A stretch of DNA of 64,000 nucleotides from Octopus sinensis (Eukaryota), in NCBI RefSeq assembly GCF_006345805.1, contig NC_043014.1, positions 31,186,001-31,250,000 of the forward strand. The letters are read 5' to 3'. Below, in pieces: positions 1 to 13,086 of the stretch. The notes under the pieces are model-generated. The model saw only the letters and a list, made by a program, of their open reading frames with translations, made no database searches and was not told where the DNA came from. Position numbers and translations under genes: made by a program. Each line of letters opens with the position of its first letter. Within the stretch, counting starts at the first letter, position 1.

Positions 1-309
1 CTGTCCTTCTAAGATTTTTGCTGATTTTGGAGAAGGATGGATACTCCTACACTGTCTCCCCTTACTCCAACACAGTACTGTATGTGTGTGTGTGTGTTGT
101 GTTTTATATATTATTTTCTATGTTTATAAATATTTATGTATATGCAGCCCCCCTTTTGATTGGAGGGGAATATTAGCCTGCTCACCCAGCCAGTGGGCTG
201 ATGTTGTTTGAAGGCTAAAACAATGCAAAGTGCATTGTGACCAGCAGTGTGTAACATCTGATAGTCTGATTGGTCACATGATCATGTGATATATATTCAT
301 GTATTTATA

Positions 310-369
<60 letters not shown>

Positions 370-379
370 ATATATATAT

Positions 380-442
<63 letters not shown>

Positions 443-464
443 GTAGACAGATAGATAGATAGAT

Positions 465-643
465 AGAAATGGCAAGATAACAAAAGAATGAAAGCGACCT
501 CGATATTATGTAAATAGCGGAATTTATCTGTAAATATAATATGTGACAATTATTCATTCAGTAGCCATGATAAAACTCTGACATCCGAAACTCAGAGTTT
601 TATCATGGCTACCAAATAATTGTCACATATTATATTTACAGAT
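465..643. repeat. Hairpin-forming interspersed repeat, copy 1
   Basis: Inverted repeat 526-643 (atctgtaaatataat...gataaaactctga / tcagagttttatc...atttacagat) plus a flank shared with 21335-21400. Confidence 0.8.
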
Positions 644-957
644 ATATACATGTATATATATATGAACAGGTGCACTGTGTGTCAGGTGTCAAAGTGATCA
701 CAGAGCGACATGAGATGAAGTGTTTTGCTCAAGAACACAATGCACCACCTGGTCTAGGAATTGAAACCACAATTGCTAGATCGTGAGTGCAACACCCTAA
801 CTACTAGGCCATGCACCCTCACATGTGAGCTTGTATGCAGCATGAACATTTGATCACTATAAACAAATTGTTTGTGCAGGTTGTTTGGCAAAAGCTGAAT
901 ATTCGTACATGATCTTCGACTGGGGGTGAGGTCATATATATGTGTGTGTGTGTGTGT

Positions 958-1832
958 GTAGTCTGATCAGTAAGTATCCGGACTGTTGCCATAGTAACAA
1001 AGCTAAAGCATGACAAGTGAATCAGCTTGGTACAGATTACCTTTTAACTCTGCTGTGCATGCACACTATGTTTTAATGTTCTAGCTCACTTCTACTGTTT
1101 ATAGCAGTGCTTGGAAGGAAGGTGTGTAGCATGTGATCATCACATTGACCATGACAGGAAGTTGAGAGGAGAATTTGCATCAAATTTTGCCAAAAGCTTG
1201 GTGATACCTACTCAGAGGTCTATGCAAAGTTTTCAAAAATCTTTCATTGTTCTCGACACAATCAAGGAGATCTTATGTAATTGAAACTTGAGTGTCTTCT
1301 TGGTGAGGTGAAAGCAGTTTTGGCATAAACTTGGCAGACATGCATCTCCTACCAAAATCTTCAGTGATAATGGATTGAACTGATCTGCACATCCTCTGAT
1401 AAATCACTGATGGTGATTCAGCGATTTCTCCTCACAGCTGCACGCACATCTACAATGTTTTTCTCAGTTCTGCTGGTCGTGGGTCTCCCAGAACATTTGT
1501 CAATATCAATATCTTTCAGACATTTTGGAAATGTCTGAAACACTCATACACTTGTATGTGGCTCATACACTCCTCTCCATACTCTTTCTGCAACTTTGTG
1601 TAGGCCTCTGAGCAGGTAACACCATGACAACTTTCTGTCATGGTCAATGCAATGATCACACACTACACACCTTCCTACTAAGCACTGCTGTAAGCAGTGG
1701 AAGTGAGCTAGAACATTCAAACTTAGTGCACATGCACAGCAGAGTTCAAGGTCAATTTTTGCCTAGTGGCTTTCCTCTATGTGCTTTAGGCTTCGTTATT
1801 ATGGCAACTGTACAGATATTTATTGATCAGAC

Positions 1833-1835
<3 letters not shown>
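958..1835. mobile_element. Non-autonomous fold-back mariner element
   Basis: Inverted ends gtctgatcagtaagtatcc.../...gatatttattgatcagac, with inverted similarity extending over 200 bp. Decayed transposase N-terminus on - (SGRPTTSRT, ITISDLSE, SAKFMPKLL) and on + (RICIKFCQKLG). Confidence 0.85.
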
Positions 1836-1876
<41 letters not shown>

Positions 1877-2113
1877 CACATATATATATATAGAGAGAGA
1901 GTGTGTGTGTGTGAGTGGGCACTTTGGATAATGACTTTGATGCACTATGTCTGAAAATAAAACTAGATGGTCATGGCTGTAATATGTTTGACCACAGGTC
2001 TGCTTTATCAAGACTGACCTAGATCTGGAACCACAAGACAATATATAAATTTGCCAGTTTATTGTGTTTTCACAGCATAAAACTAATAGTAGCTCATATT
2101 TAAGTACTGTTTA

Positions 2114-2605
2114 TCTCTCTATATATAAACGGCAGTTTGTCTGTCTGTGTGTCTGTGAGGTTGTACCCTCACCCTGACCACGGCTTTCAACCAATTCTGA
2201 TGAAACTTGACACACACATAGCCCAATGTCATAATTAAAAACTAACGCAGCGAAAATTTTGAAAAGTTCCTCCAGTTCTGAAAAATATCGATAAATTTGA
2301 CTGGGGTCGAGAATCTAAGCTTTTTATATGCAATACATTTTCTGTTGTAGTTTTCGCAACTTGCAATCAAGTTTCACCAAACTCATGGTGAAGCTTAATG
2401 TTACCCTAAGAAACTTAATTCTGAGGTTAGTTTTCCATGCAATACCTTACCATCAGAAAAAATACACAGAAGTATTCGAGTGAAGAGAAGACATTGCAAC
2501 CTACACATGCACCTTTGTTCCCTAGAGGGAAAGGACTAGATTGAGATTAGTCGTTGCCTACTAGGGGCTCTTACATACCCGGACAACGCCGGGCTATGCT
2601 GCTAG
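2114..2605 (+). mobile_element. Non-autonomous Helitron
   Basis: A|TC start (tctctctatatataaa), GC-rich subterminal hairpin cccggacaacgccggg (2578-2593), and CTAG|T end. Confidence 0.75.
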
Positions 2606-2850
2606 TTTTAAATATTTATCTCTCACTGGATAGAGTACTTTTTCTTTTGTGACCCCCACTGCCACCACCACCACCACCATTATGTTGGGGTTGTGAAGGG
2701 AATTTAGCTCTGTTGCAAGCTAAATAGCTATGTAGTTATTGTTTCATTTCTGTTCTTATTGCTATATGATACTGTTGTTGTTTGACCCTTGGTCATTTCT
2801 GATTGCACATTCTTGCTGTTTTAAGGATATCTATGCTCCAAACTGTTGAG

Positions 2851-3093
2851 AAGTGTTTCCCTAAGTGGGCAGTACTGCTCCCTTGAGGGCAGTGGAAAGA
2901 TCTAGGGGCATGTTGAGAAGAAAAGTGGGGTGATTATGGACGTAAAACCCCACAAAATAATGTTTTATTTATGAAATACAACAGTTTTGAGTTTGCTGCA
3001 GAAAGTGGTCTATGTTTGTTGTGTTGAGTGTTGAGGGTGGGGAGGGTGCTAGGAATGTGGCCTGGGTAGCTTGAAAAACTTTGGGAAGCACTG
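2851..3093. mobile_element. hAT-type MITE (decayed)
   Basis: Inverted termini (a)agtgtttccc ... gggaagcactg with a degenerate 8-bp flank ctgttgag/ctgtaggg. Confidence 0.5.
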
Positions 3094-3169
3094 CTGTAGG
3101 GTGTGACTTCATGAATTGGCTGCTATTTCTAGCAGATCTGGTGACCATGTAAAATCTTCTTTGTTGGTT

Positions 3170-4200
3170 TATGTTGTTATTATTGTTACTGTTATTATTC
3201 TTCTCACTGTCATTGTTGTTAATATGTTGCTGTCATTGACTTCGTCTATTATTACATTTTGTTGTTTTTGTGTTTGTTAATGGTTGCTTTTTTTTTGTTT
3301 CTGTTTTTTTTTTTAGCTATTGTGTACTGTTTTTGCAGCCATTAATGTTTACCATTTTGTGACCATTCACTGTCTCAAAGGCTTTTACTGTTTGCTGTTG
3401 CTTGGGCTATTAATGTTTTTTAGATTTTCATGGTAACTGTTGTTTTCTGTTTTTGTGGCTATGAATGTTTTCTGTTTTTGTGACTATTTACTGTTTTAGA
3501 GGCTATTAATGTTTTCTGTTTTTTAAGCTATTAATGCTTGCTGTTTCTCTTGTGAATATTTGTTGTGTTTATGGTTATTGTTTGCTGTTAGGGGGCTGCT
3601 ATTGCCTGTTGCTTTGTGTCTATTTGTGTTTTGCACTTATATCAATGTGTCACTATAATCTCGTGCTTGCTGTGACTTGGGTGCTGTTTTTGTAACCACA
3701 ATTTTTGTGAAAATGTATACTGTTTTTGTGTCACAAATCTTTGTTGTTTGTGTGTCTCTTTGCTGTTTCTGTTTTTTTCTGACTCCTGCTCATTGATTTC
3801 CTTTACTATTTACTGTTTCGCTAATTATTGTTTACGGGTTTTGTGAACATTTTCTATACGTCTTACTATTAATGTTTACTAATGTCTGCTTATCAGTGCT
3901 ATTGTTTCTGTTTGCTGCTATTGCAGCTATTAATGGCTCTCGGTGATGATGCACTTTCTATCACCATTTTATGCTGCTTTTTCCTATTGTTATTTACTAC
4001 ATATATCATTGTTATTGGTGTTGCTGTTATTGTCACAGCTACTGTTATAGGTGTTTGTTGTTGTGGTGCAAATATTTTCTGTTATTCTTGTTACTGCAAC
4101 GACTACTGCACTTAATGGTTGCTGTTGTTCTAAATGTTTGTTGCTGCTGGTATTATTGTTGATGATGCTGTTTACTGTTTCACTGGTGCTGCTGTTACTG
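3170..4200. repeat. About 1 kb strand-skewed TG-rich low-complexity tract
   Basis: Degenerate (tgt/tgc/tat)n with a recurring gctattaatgttttctgttttt motif. Confidence 0.7.
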
Positions 4201-4677
4201 CAACAGACACTGGCTGCATAATTCAGCCCAGACAAAGCAATCGACCCGTCACTTCTTCCCCAGAAGACAGATTTGGTTACCTGAAGCTGCGATACTGCAC
4301 ATGACGTAACATCATTGCAGACTGTTGCTGCAGTGTTCATACACACACACACACACACACACATACATATACACACACACATTTAAATAAATCAAAAACA
4401 TTCACACACTCAAATACAGACATACATTATAAACACCCATTTAAATACATATATCACAATCATTAAATGTGCACACACAAATAGGCACCTGTGCATGTGC
4501 ACACACATGCACACCAATACATAGTCATATACTGCACATACTTAGATGAATACGGACATGTACTGCACTTAATCATATACATATTTGCACAAATACAAAC
4601 ATACACACACATACTCAGAAACAAATATAATCACCCTCTCTTTCTTTCTCTCACTCATTTACTTTTTCTCTCTCTCC

Positions 4678-4843
4678 CTCTCCTGTGCTCCATTTGCTCC
4701 TCCCCACTCTCCATACATTAAATAGATTTTATTAAAATTTTAATACTTATTCCATTCTCTTAACACTGTTATCATACATTGATTCAAACTTATTTCTCTC
4801 TATTTCTTTTGTCTGTCTGTCTGTCTCTCTGATTCTCTACCTC

Positions 4844-4879
<36 letters not shown>

Positions 4880-5174
4880 TTTGTCTTTCACTAGATTTTC
4901 TTCGTAATTATGATATTATGATTTTCTCTCTCTCTCTCTCTCTCCTCTCCTGTGCTCCATTTGCTCCTCCCCACTCTCCATACATTAAATAGATTTTATT
5001 AAAATTTTAATACTTATTCCATTCTCTTAACACTGTTATCATACATTGATTCAAACTTATTTCTCTCTATTTCTTTTGTCTGTCTGTCTGTCTCTCTGAT
5101 TCTCTACCTCCCCCTCTCTCTCTCTCTCACCCTTTGTCTTTCACTAGATTTTCTTCGTAATTATGATATTATGA

Positions 5175-5178
<4 letters not shown>
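4678..5178. repeat. Exact tandem duplication (about 260 bp) bounded by (CT)n
   Basis: cctgtgctccatttg...gatattatgatttt starts at 4682 and 4949; the copies differ only in microsatellite length. Confidence 0.9.
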
Positions 5179-5255
<77 letters not shown>

Positions 5256-5328
5256 GTGTGTGTGTGTGGTGTATATATATATATATATGTGTGTGTGTGT
5301 ATATATATATATATATTGTGTGTGTGTG

Positions 5329-5373
<45 letters not shown>

Positions 5374-5505
5374 GTGTGTGTGTGTATATATATATATATG
5401 TGTGTGGTGTGTGTGTATATATATATATATGTGTGTGTGTTGTGTATATATATATATATGTGTGTGTGTGTATATGTATATATATATATATATATGTGTG
5501 TGTAT
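5179..5505. repeat. Compound (CT)n/(TA)n/(TG)n microsatellite; similar tracts at 305-465, 14660-14858, 14925-15090, 21130-21240 and 21540-21690
   Basis: Direct reading; these tracts generate the [12 protein letters not shown] ORFs in the track. Confidence 0.95.
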
Positions 5506-5828
5506 AATCAATGTGTGTGTTTCCTGTGCACTCTTCCATAAAAACATTCTAAAATTGACTGCAAAAAAAACAACACACACACACAATAGATTTAAGTAGA
5601 GTACATAATTATATTTTTACAAGGAAAAGGTTGAAGCAACTTCATAATTCCTCTGTTGATTGGCATCCTCAGACCATCTCTGTATCTATCCATTCAACCA
5701 TTTATCTATTTCTTTACTCCCTCCTCTCTCTCTCTCTCTCTCCACACACACACACACATATCTGCTCAGCTGTTTGTTTTAACTCTTTCTCTCAATCTGC
5801 CTGGTCATTATGAGTTTAGTATCAAACC

Positions 5829-5869
<41 letters not shown>

Positions 5870-5874
<5 letters not shown>

Positions 5875-6130
5875 CATAAAATACACCAATCTGACCGTGG
5901 CCGTTGCCAGCCCTGCCTGGCACCTGTGCAGGTGGCACGTAAAAAGCACCCACTACACTCACGGAGTGGTTGGCGTTAGGAAGGGCATCCAGCTGTAGAA
6001 ACATTGCCAGATTAGACTGGAGCCTGGTGCAGCCTTCTGGCTTCCCAGAACCCCCCCCCCCCCGGTCGAACCGTCCAACCCATGCTAGCATGGAGAACGG
6101 ACATTAAACGACGATGATGATGATGATGAT
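5870..6130 (+). mobile_element. (GAT)n-tailed retroposon with internal GTGCC-NNT-GGCACGTAAAAAGCACC minisatellite (family C)
   Basis: Shared 3' block gttggcgttaggaagggcatccagctgtagaaa...catgctagcatgga...gatgatgat. Other copies at 35115-35780(-), 37575-38302(+), 47365-47787(+), 48128-48522(+), 53835-54300(+), 24575-24910(-), 18612-18840(-), 60760-60992(+), 49610-49825(-), 50830-51030(-), 10965-11130(-), 13957-14140(-). Confidence 0.8.
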
Positions 6131-7774
6131 ATATCAACTCATCTGTTTTGCCTTTAACTCTTTCTCTTTATCTGCCATATGTTTGCCAGTCATTATGAAT
6201 CTAGCTGTCAAACTATATATGTATGTATATGTATGTATATACACACATACACACACAGAAACACCTGTATATTAGTGTTGCCAGATGGCCCGGCTGTCTT
6301 CTCTCTTTTTTTATATTACAGTGTTAAACTAACAATATCTCTCTCTCTCTCTTGTGTGTGTATGTGTGTAGCTCACCTTCCTTCATCCCTGTGTCTATCT
6401 GTCTGATGTCCTCCTATATTAACCAGCCAGCTATTTTCAAATAAATTACTCTACAAGGTTAACTCTTTTCACCTTGTTCCAGCTGGGATTGTGGTCTGGG
6501 GTGCCTGACTGTTGGTCAGGGAAGCAGGGAGAGGGACAGAAAGATGGAACATTCTCTTCTGCATACACACACACACACACACACATACACACAACAAACT
6601 TATCACACACCTCCAATCATATACAGAAAATTAAGAATTTTAATAGATAAGCAATACCTATATGCACGTACTGAAGGTATACATAGAGCCACATATATAT
6701 AAATAGACTTACTATGCACACTGAGTTAAGCTATATTCTTTATTTCTCTGTCTGTCTGTCTGTCTCTCTGTCTCTCTCCCTCTCCATAAACCTTTTACCA
6801 TTGGTTTACACTAAAGAAATTCTTTTGGTGTTTTCATATACAAAAGTTGTGCAGCACACATCCAGACTCTATTGCACATGCATACTTAACACACACACAC
6901 ACACAGACTTGTCGTCAACAAATGTGAGAGACAAATACACATGCATTTAAACCATTTAGACTAGTATATTTACACATTTAAATGCTTGCATGTATGTAGA
7001 TATCTCCACACAACATGCACAAATACAATGCAAGTCTTTTAAATATTCCACTTGGATGCACAGGTTCGGATCACTGGGAAAGTAGATGCACATGTTTGAT
7101 GCACATTGTGCATATGTAATGTGCATTGTTTTCCATCCTGCATATATTATCTGTCTGTCTGTCTGTCTCTCTCTCTCCCTCCCCCCTCTCTCTCTCTCTA
7201 TATATATATATTTACTATTGCTAGTGCTGCATTGATAATGTGCAGCTGGTGTTTGGTGACAGAGATATTTTCTCTTGTGCATCCCATACGATTGGTGCAG
7301 TCTTCTGCATTCATTCCTTCCTTCCTTCCTTCCTGTATTGCACCCTGAAATTGTCCCTGCAGTAATGCAATATCATGCAAATCAGGGTGTGTTCCATTGG
7401 TTCAGACAGTTGACATCTCGCATTTGTATTGTCTTCCTGGTCGTATTCTGGGGAGGGAGAGAGAGAGAGAAGAAGGAAAACAACATCCACCCATTCACCT
7501 TTCCCACCAAAAATAACAACTAATTTTGCCATCCTCTCACCCAATCATTCCATTAAACATTGTACTTAAGTTAAAGGAAGACTTACAAGGAATAAATGTT
7601 ATACCCAGGAACATTAGAGAAGAAGAATTACTACTGCTTCAGCAGCTATTTCTAATATAGACACAAGCCCGGCAATTTCGAGGGCAGGGGTTGATTTCAT
7701 TGACCCTACTTACTAAACTTGTCTTGTGTGTTAATGTTTTTGCCAACTTATAATAATAATAATAATGATAATAA

Positions 7775-8380
7775 TCCTTCCTACTGGAGGCACAAGGCCT
7801 GGGGAGGAGACTAGTCGATTACATGAATCTCAGTGTTCAACTGGTACTTAATTTATTAATCCCGAAAGGATGAAAGGCAAAGTCAACCTTGAAGTAATTT
7901 GAACTCAGAACATAGCAATGAGTGAAACACCGCTAAGCATTCCGCCCAGCGTGCTAACAATTCTGCCAGCTCGCCACCTTCATAATAATAATAATAATAA
8001 TAATAATGATGATGATTTCAAATTTTGAGACAGCAAGTTTGGGGGAGTGGATAAGTCGATTACATTGACCCCAGTGCTCAACTGGCACTCGTTTTATCAA
8101 CCCCAAAAGGAGGAAAGGCAAAGTCGACCTTGGCCGAATTTGAACCCAGGATGTAAAGCTGCTAAACAGTTTGCCTGGTGTGCTAACAATTCTACCAGCT
8201 CGCCTCAATAATAATAATAATTATAATTATAATAATGGTTTCAAATTTTGCCACAAGGGCAGCCATTTGGGGTGGGGAAATGTGTCGATTACATTGATTC
8301 CCATTATGCAACTGGTACTTAATTTATCGATCCTGAAAGGATGAAGGGCAAAGTTGACCTTAGTGGAATTTGAATTCAGA
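7775..8380 (-). mobile_element. Cluster of three family B SINEs separated by (AAT)n
   Basis: Three copies of aaaggatgaaaggcaaagtc..c...tttgaactcag. Confidence 0.8.
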
Positions 8381-8723
8381 TAATAATGATAATGGTAATA
8401 ATACAGTGGGATTCACATTGTTATAAATTTTCTTATTTCTGTTTTTGATATATAAATTTATAAAGCTTCATAATGTTGTTCCATTATGTTAAAGATTTTG
8501 ATTATGTCTTTGGTTTCATTTTTCATAGTTAAGGTTGTTGTTTAAGCTGGTCATATCTGGCCCATAAATTCTTCCTGTTTCATGTTTAAACTGGCCAGAT
8601 GTGGCTTCTCACACCTACCCTACAATATCATTTTAAAAAAAAAGAAATATACATTTAACCCTGGCAAGGTTTTTCACTCAGAATGTAAGGAACTTGGTTA
8701 AGTATGGTTGGTCTGATGTTCTT

Positions 8724-8828
8724 CCAGTTTGTCTGGTATTATTCCATTTCATCTGGTATCCTACCATTTAATATGGTATCCTACCATTTTGTCTGGTATT
8801 CTGTTATTTACTCTGGCATTCTTCCATC
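8724..8828. repeat. Degenerate 20-bp minisatellite, about 5 units
   Basis: Consensus ccatttnntctggtatncta. Confidence 0.7.
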
Positions 8829-11800
8829 TAGTAATCATGAAAATAATAGCAAGTTCTTATATCATCATAAAGCCACAAATTATGAAAGATGAATATGGTT
8901 GATGTTTATCACCCCACCCACTCCATGACTATAATGTATTTTATCAACCTTAGAAGGAGTAAGTACAAAGCTTATTAAAGTGTTTAGTTCAGTTGCTACT
9001 ACCAGTTGGGTCTCAAAGAATGGCAAAGCAATTCCAGGATAGCTTTATGGTATGGTGGGGAAGGGTGATCAGGATCTGAATGTCTGTGCTACAAATGTGA
9101 CTACAGCCAAAGAATGAAGTCAGTGCCAACGTCTTTAGGCTGTGACCCTTTTATACTGTACCACCATCATATAGTCAGCCATGTTGCGGATGAGCCTCAC
9201 CTGCCTTCTTGTCACATTGTCAGTGTTAAATACTATGCACACTCTCTCCTATGCTCTACCTTTCTCAAGTGAGTGTACACCCAACCTACACATCAAGCAG
9301 GGCTCTCCCTAATTCCTCTTTCTTTAGCATATGAAGGCCCATCCATTTTTTGGAGAAAAAAGAAAAGAAAAAAAAGAAAAGCAGGAGTTATGTCACTTTT
9401 CTTTTTACCTTTTCTTTATGAAAATTCCTCATGCAAGGTGACACTTTCTTTTGCTGTGTACTCTCCCCAGCTGTTTTATTTCCTGGAGTTGTTTCATGTC
9501 AGTATTGTTGTTTGACTTGCTAAAGATAAGCTTGTATTGTTGTTGTTGTTGTTGTTAGTGGTGGTCGTCGTTGTAATACTTTGGGCATTGTCATTTAAAT
9601 TTGCATTTTTGCAACTTTTCTTTTTATTCTTATCAAATTATTCAAACTGCCTGCGTTTTATAACTGTATCTGATTATCATTTTTTTTTTGTTTTTTACTT
9701 TTTCATTTTCTTTTCAAATCCTTTTTTCTACCCACATAAAAAGAAAATTGTGGAGGTGAGGATTTCACGTCTAGCCCCTCCTTCTGATACCACAGGGATT
9801 GTCACTATTAATCATAAATAAAGCAAAATAGGTGTTTGCAGAAATATAACTACACAATAAAAATGTATAATACTGGGCTCTTTTTTTCTCTCTCTCTGCC
9901 CCAGCTAATTGGGTGGGCATTTTGAGTTTCCATAGTCCTTAGTGAGTGAAAAGAGTTTTAAAAGATAAAAAATTTATATTGTGTAACCCTAGAAGAAGCC
10001 ACCTTCAAAGAGAATCTTTGTAAAAATGTGCATGTACAGCATACAGCAACAATGATAATACTTTCACTTATTTCTCATAAAAAAAAAACCTACAAATAAA
10101 GCTTATGGGTTTATGGGAAATGTACAAACATAGTTATTTAAAGGCAAGGGATGGTGCAAAAACATTATACAATGCACAAAGACATAAAAAATTTATGAAT
10201 AAAAGTAAATAAAATACACACAAACATGCATATATATATATATATATATATAAAATATGCAAATACAACAAATAAGGGCAACCCAACTTGACATAGATGA
10301 AAAGCCAGCCCAGATAATAATACTATACAAAATACTAGGTTTATTTGCTGCCCACTGATTTTGTGAAAGTGCAAATATTCCATTGTTGTGTGATTATCTA
10401 TTGCCCTATTTAGAATTGATGCATATATGCAACATTGTTGATACCTCTCTTTCAACTTGAGGCTGCTGTTATGACACCAGGTTAGTCTTTATCAAAATGT
10501 ATGACATCTAAGTAGTCTGTTTCATTGACTGCATGCAATCTCCAGATCCATTGATGCATATACAACATGCTTTAACTAGTTGCACCATGCTCTACTTTTT
10601 CAGATGCTTGACTTATATAGAATGTAGTGTGGAAGATTTAGACATGTTGCATTTCCCTTATTGTTATAGACTGCAGCTGTGTGCCTCATGGAAGCCTAAC
10701 AATTATTGTTATACTGCACTGATGGTCTACATCTCTGCACAGTGTTCATATGACCAATGAGGTTGTTATTGCTGCTGTTTTTGTTTGTCTGGACTGAGTG
10801 AGAGGCAAAATGTATTTGTATGCAATGTAAATAGAGCTCTGAGCTGCTTTCACTGTATCTGGTGGTCAAATATACAGTGGTATAGTGTGAAGATTCAAAT
10901 GTGGTAGCAAAACATGTCCTTTAACTTTTGAGTATGTTATTTTCATTGTGTAGGTATGCTGTCTTCATCATTTAATGTCCATTTTCCATGATGGCATAGG
11001 TTGAATTGTTTGATAGGTTCTGGTGAAGTTGAAGGGCTGTGCAGAGTTCCAGTGTATTCTTTGGTGTAGTTTCTATGGCTGGATGCCCACCCTAATGCCA
11101 GCCACTTTACAGAGTGTACTGGGTCCTTTTTACATGTCTTGAGTTCTAGTGAAGTTGCTGAGTAACTTAGAAGACAGAAAAAGAACAGGGAAAAAGAAAA
11201 CGTTCCCACTGCAAAGTGTTGGTTGGGCAGGTGGGGAAGGGACAGGTACTTGAAAGGGGAAGGTGGAGTGGAGTGGCTTTATGCCAAGTGTTGAAAGTAT
11301 GGGAGCTGGACAAGCATGAGTGTTCTTGCTATTGAGGATATCCCACATTATGTATAGGAGTAGATGAGAGTATAATTCCATTAGAAATAGTACATAGTAA
11401 TCTGAATGCTGAAAGGTTAAACAGATCTATAGTCAAGGGTATTCCATCTATGACCATCCCATCATTTTTTCCGGAAATAGTGTAGCCAGGACTACATTAT
11501 CCACTATGTCCTTTTTTAAGAAAGTAGAGTGTGATTTGAGAACAATTTCCAGCAGATTGAACAACTTTTTTTTCTGAAGTGGATGCAAATGTTTAAAGTA
11601 TATGACTGGAGGTTCTGTTTTGTTTTACAGAAGAATTAGTAATGTTTGTATTGTTGATGTTGTTGTTGTTACAGAAAAAGATATTAAGCAACACTAACAA
11701 TAAATCAAAAAACATGAAAATAAACAAGCTTTTGACAGTTTTATAGATATTTCAAAATTATGATGCTACATGCTCGGGTGTTTCCATTATTTTGTCCAAC

Positions 11801-12534
11801 CCCTGTATATACATACATATATTTATATATAAAACAGTTATTACTATTTACTCCAATGTGTTATGGCCATTATTTATACCTTGTCTTGTGTGTGTATATA
11901 TATATATGTATGTATGTATGTATGTGTGTGTGTACACACACACACAAACAGATAGTAGGTACTTATGTTGAGTGGTCAGGATGACTTCATGTCTCAACTC
12001 CAATTCAAATGCTGCTTAAAATGCAGGGATGTTATAGTTGCCTAAATGATGGGAACTGGCTGTCAGCAATGTATCATACTAGCTGGGGCATGTATAATAA
12101 TATAAAAGGATAGACAGGGATCAACAGGTTCTGGTTCAGAATATGACACTTATTTATACAACACAAAGGGAGAAACAAATGCTTTAAGGAATTTAAATGA
12201 CAGCCAATCAGTACAAGTTCCATTCAAGAATTTTCTTAATGGTTGCAATATATGCTGGTATGCTCTTGGAATAGTTATAAGGTAAGTCCCACCACTAAAA
12301 TGCTAGTTGCAGACAGCTTGCAGGGAACTGCACCAACTATGCATCTATTCTTGAAACAACTGTAAGGAACAATCTGCATACCTTCTTTCTTCTCTTTCAG
12401 TTTTAAGATTTTACCTGTGTTGACCTACTTTTATCTACTGTGAATTATCAATACCATAGAATTATGTAATATACCTATGCACAATACTTAAATGATCACA
12501 TGTGTGTTTAAACAAAATAATATAAAGAAAATAA

Positions 12535-12723
<189 letters not shown>

Positions 12724-12809
12724 GAAAACTGATAATTGCATGAACACACTGACAGACACATACATGTAACATTCATCTATAAATTCACCCTATATATATC
12801 CCCATACAT

Positions 12810-12848
<39 letters not shown>

Positions 12849-13067
12849 TGTATAAAGCTACAAAAATGACTTGACATGCCCAAAATTTCATGTCAAGGCA
12901 CTTATTGATCACAAATCATTATCTCTTTGAATTACATGTATACACATTCTCAGGAATCACACACACACACACACACTAGAAGTGCACACTTTTAAATACA
13001 CATACATGCTTCTCTACATAACCATATAATTTATAAGCTCATAACATTAACACAGAAAATGTCTTAA

Positions 13068-13086
13068 AATAAATACATACAATAAA
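13068..13086 (+). terminator. Candidate POLR2H polyadenylation signals
   Basis: Two AATAAA hexamers (13068-13073, 13081-13086) about 350 nt after the stop codon. Confidence 0.45.

Noticed and set aside
3990-4382. 130-aa minus-strand ORF
   Set aside because: It starts in (TG)n, runs into low-complexity sequence and has no recognisable domain.
5161-5599. ORFs rich in YI/CV/HT/SL dipeptides here and elsewhere
   Set aside because: They are translations of (TA)n, (TG)n and (CT)n microsatellites.
7335-7374. TATTGCAC (miR-92 seed) within a short inverted repeat
   Set aside because: The stem is only about 8 bp and the rest does not match a miR-92 family mature sequence.
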